Assembly: GCA_963797705.1 (NCBI GenBank)
Contig: CAWCQL010000002.1
Coordinates: forward strand, 877,438 to 941,437
DNA length: 64,000 bases
Reading direction: 5' to 3'
Origin: an uncultured Actinomycetota bacterium
Lineage (GTDB): Bacteria; Actinomycetota; Thermoleophilia; Solirubrobacterales; Solirubrobacteraceae
The notes under the pieces were generated by a model. The model was not told the DNA's origin, did not search any database, and worked only from the letters and a program-made list of their open reading frames with translations. The translations under genes were made by a program, and so were the position numbers. Positions 62,660-64,000 of the stretch are shown one piece after another (position 1 is the first letter of the stretch; every line of letters begins with the position of its first letter).

Positions 62660-62700
62660 TGGGCATACCTTCGCCACGTGCCCCGCCGGTCCTGCAACGG

Positions 62701-63072
62701 TCAGTGCACGACCAGCGTGCCGTACGTCCCGAGCGCGTCATCAGACAGGATCGAGGAAGCCATCAGGTAGCGGCCGGGCCCGAGCGCTGCGTCGAGCTCC
62801 TCGGTCTGGCCGGGGCCGATCGGCTTGGTCGCCGCCTCGGCCCGGCCGTCGAGGCTGATCACGAGGTTGTGGGTCAGCCGCCCGTAGTTGTGGACGAAGA
62901 TCGTCAGCAGGCCGGTCTGCGCCCGGATGTCCTGGGGCGTGACGCGATACTCGTTGAGCGCGATCTGCAGCGTGCGCCCGGTGCCGACCGTCGTGGTGTG
63001 GCCGCACGCGGTCACGGCGAGCGACCCGAGCACGGCGGCGAGCAGCAGGCGGGGAGGGCGACTCGTACGCAC
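62701..63072 (-). CDS. Cupredoxin-fold lipoprotein lacking canonical copper ligands
   Basis: LAVTAC lipobox; NEYRVTP, HNYGRLTHNL, PGRYLMASSILSDDALGTYGTLVV. Confidence 0.65.
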   Translation of the reverse strand: MRTSRPPRLLLAAVLGSLAVTACGHTTTVGTGRTLQIALNEYRVTPQDIRAQTGLLTIFVHNYGRLTHNLVISLDGRAEAATKPIGPGQTEELDAALGPGRYLMASSILSDDALGTYGTLVVH

Positions 63073-63097
63073 GGCGTCCCGATTATGATCCTGCCCG

Positions 63098-63551
63098 ATG
63101 AGCCGGTTGGCGAAGATCCTGGCGCTCGGGACGGCTGCGGTGGCGGTGGCTGTCGCGACCGCCGCCTGCGGCACCCAGCACATCGCGGTCCCCAAGAGCC
63201 GAGGCGCAGCTGCACAGCGGGGCGGTCCTGTTCTAGGAGCGCTGCTCGGGCTGCCACACGCTCTCCTACGCGGGCGCCAACGGTTCGGCGCCGAACATCC
63301 GCACCGCGCAGGCGACCAGCGGCCCGAACTTCAACATCCGCTGCGAGCGGCCCATCGACCGCGTCCTGTACGCGATCGAGAACGGCGGCTTCTCCGGCGC
63401 CTACATGCCGCAGAACATCGTCGTCGGCAAGGACGCGCTCGACGTGGCCAAGTTCGTCGCCACCTACGCCGGCCGTCAGGCGCCCAAGCTGACGGGCGTC
63501 ACCCCGTGCCAGTCGAAGGCGATCGGCCAGCTGCCGGTCAACAGCCAGTGA
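63098..63551 (+). CDS. c-type cytochrome lipoprotein (frameshift and in-frame TAG)
   Basis: ATAAC lipobox; CSGCH heme motif, GPNF and distal AYMP in the shifted frame. Confidence 0.8.
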
Positions 63552-63578
63552 CCCGGCACCCGTAGCGGAGGCGCGCCA

Positions 63579-64000
63579 GTGCTCGACATCAGGCTGATCC
63601 GCCGCGACCCCGACGCCGTGCGCGCGGCGCTCGGCCGTCGTGGAGCCGGTGCGGCCGCCACGGTCGACCGCGTGCTGGAGCTCGACGAGCGCTGGCGCGC
63701 CTGACCACCGAGCTCGAGCAGCTGCGCTCTGAGCAGAACGCGGCCAGCAAGGCGCTGCAAGGGCGCCCCGAGCACCGAGCAGCGCGAGCAGCTGGCGGCG
63801 CTGGCGGCGCGCGGGCGCGCGCTGTCGCGATGACGAGACGCAGCTGCGCGCCGAGCGCGACGACCGCGCTGCGCTCGCTGCCCAACCTGCCGTCCGGACG
63901 ACGCTCCGGCCCAGGACACCGTCCTGCGGGAGGTCGGCGAGGGCGAGCCAAGACCGGCCGCGACCACCTGGAGCTGGCCGGACCGCGTATCGACATGGAG
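63579..64000 (+). CDS. serS: Serine--tRNA ligase, N-terminal part (truncated by the window, frameshifted)
   Basis: VLDIRLIRRDPDAVRAALGRRG, coiled-coil arm, LPNLP, RDHLEL. Confidence 0.85.

Noticed and set aside
59694-63236. In-frame TAG codons in nuoD (59694-59696, minus) and cytochrome c (63234-63236), both in a CTAG context; possible recoding or pyrrolysine
   Set aside because: TAG serves as a normal stop for the kinase, pstB, pstS and bcp, and no pyl genes are present. Substitution errors in an error-rich region are more likely; raw reads would settle it

Overview
High-GC actinobacterial chromosomal segment; gene content and style suggest a Solirubrobacterales/Thermoleophilia-like organism (inference). 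Many single-base indels break even essential genes (nuo, acs, serS, pstA), so most frameshifts are treated as long-read consensus errors and some coordinates are approximate. Left to right: (1) 3' part of an EccC/EssC-like FtsK ATPase, convergent on an operon with two near-identical WXG100 genes, a third WXG100-like gene, a 498-aa WXG-type substrate and a coupled hypothetical; (2) a membrane Ser/Thr kinase head-to-head with a Zn-ribbon/FHA/PqqD-like/M50 protease fusion, then an aldehyde dehydrogenase; (3) a phosphate-related island with a degenerate phosphoesterase, further Zn-ribbon proteins, pstCAB divergent from pstS, and PHO-box-like repeats; (4) phosphotransferase/HAD/lipoprotein genes and an Fpg/Nei glycosylase; (5) a six-gene operon with two amidinotransferase-fold enzymes, MarR, M20 hydrolase, NCS1 permease and a deacetylase; (6) an acetate module (satP, acs, LytTR regulator, two divergent LytS-like kinases, DUF485-like protein, SLC5 symporter, acyl-CoA synthetase) with a 4 x 21-bp LytTR-type array; (7) double-domain ThyX, nitroreductase, AbiEi/DUF559, flavin monooxygenase, GNAT; (8) complete nuoA-N; (9) a long G-U-rich hairpin, a ligand-less cupredoxin, a cytochrome c and the start of serS. 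No rRNA, tRNA, CRISPR array or transposase was recognised. Best novelty candidates: the kinase + FHA-RRE-M50 pair beside the type VII locus, the Zn-ribbon pseudo-phosphoesterase module, and the double-pentein operon.
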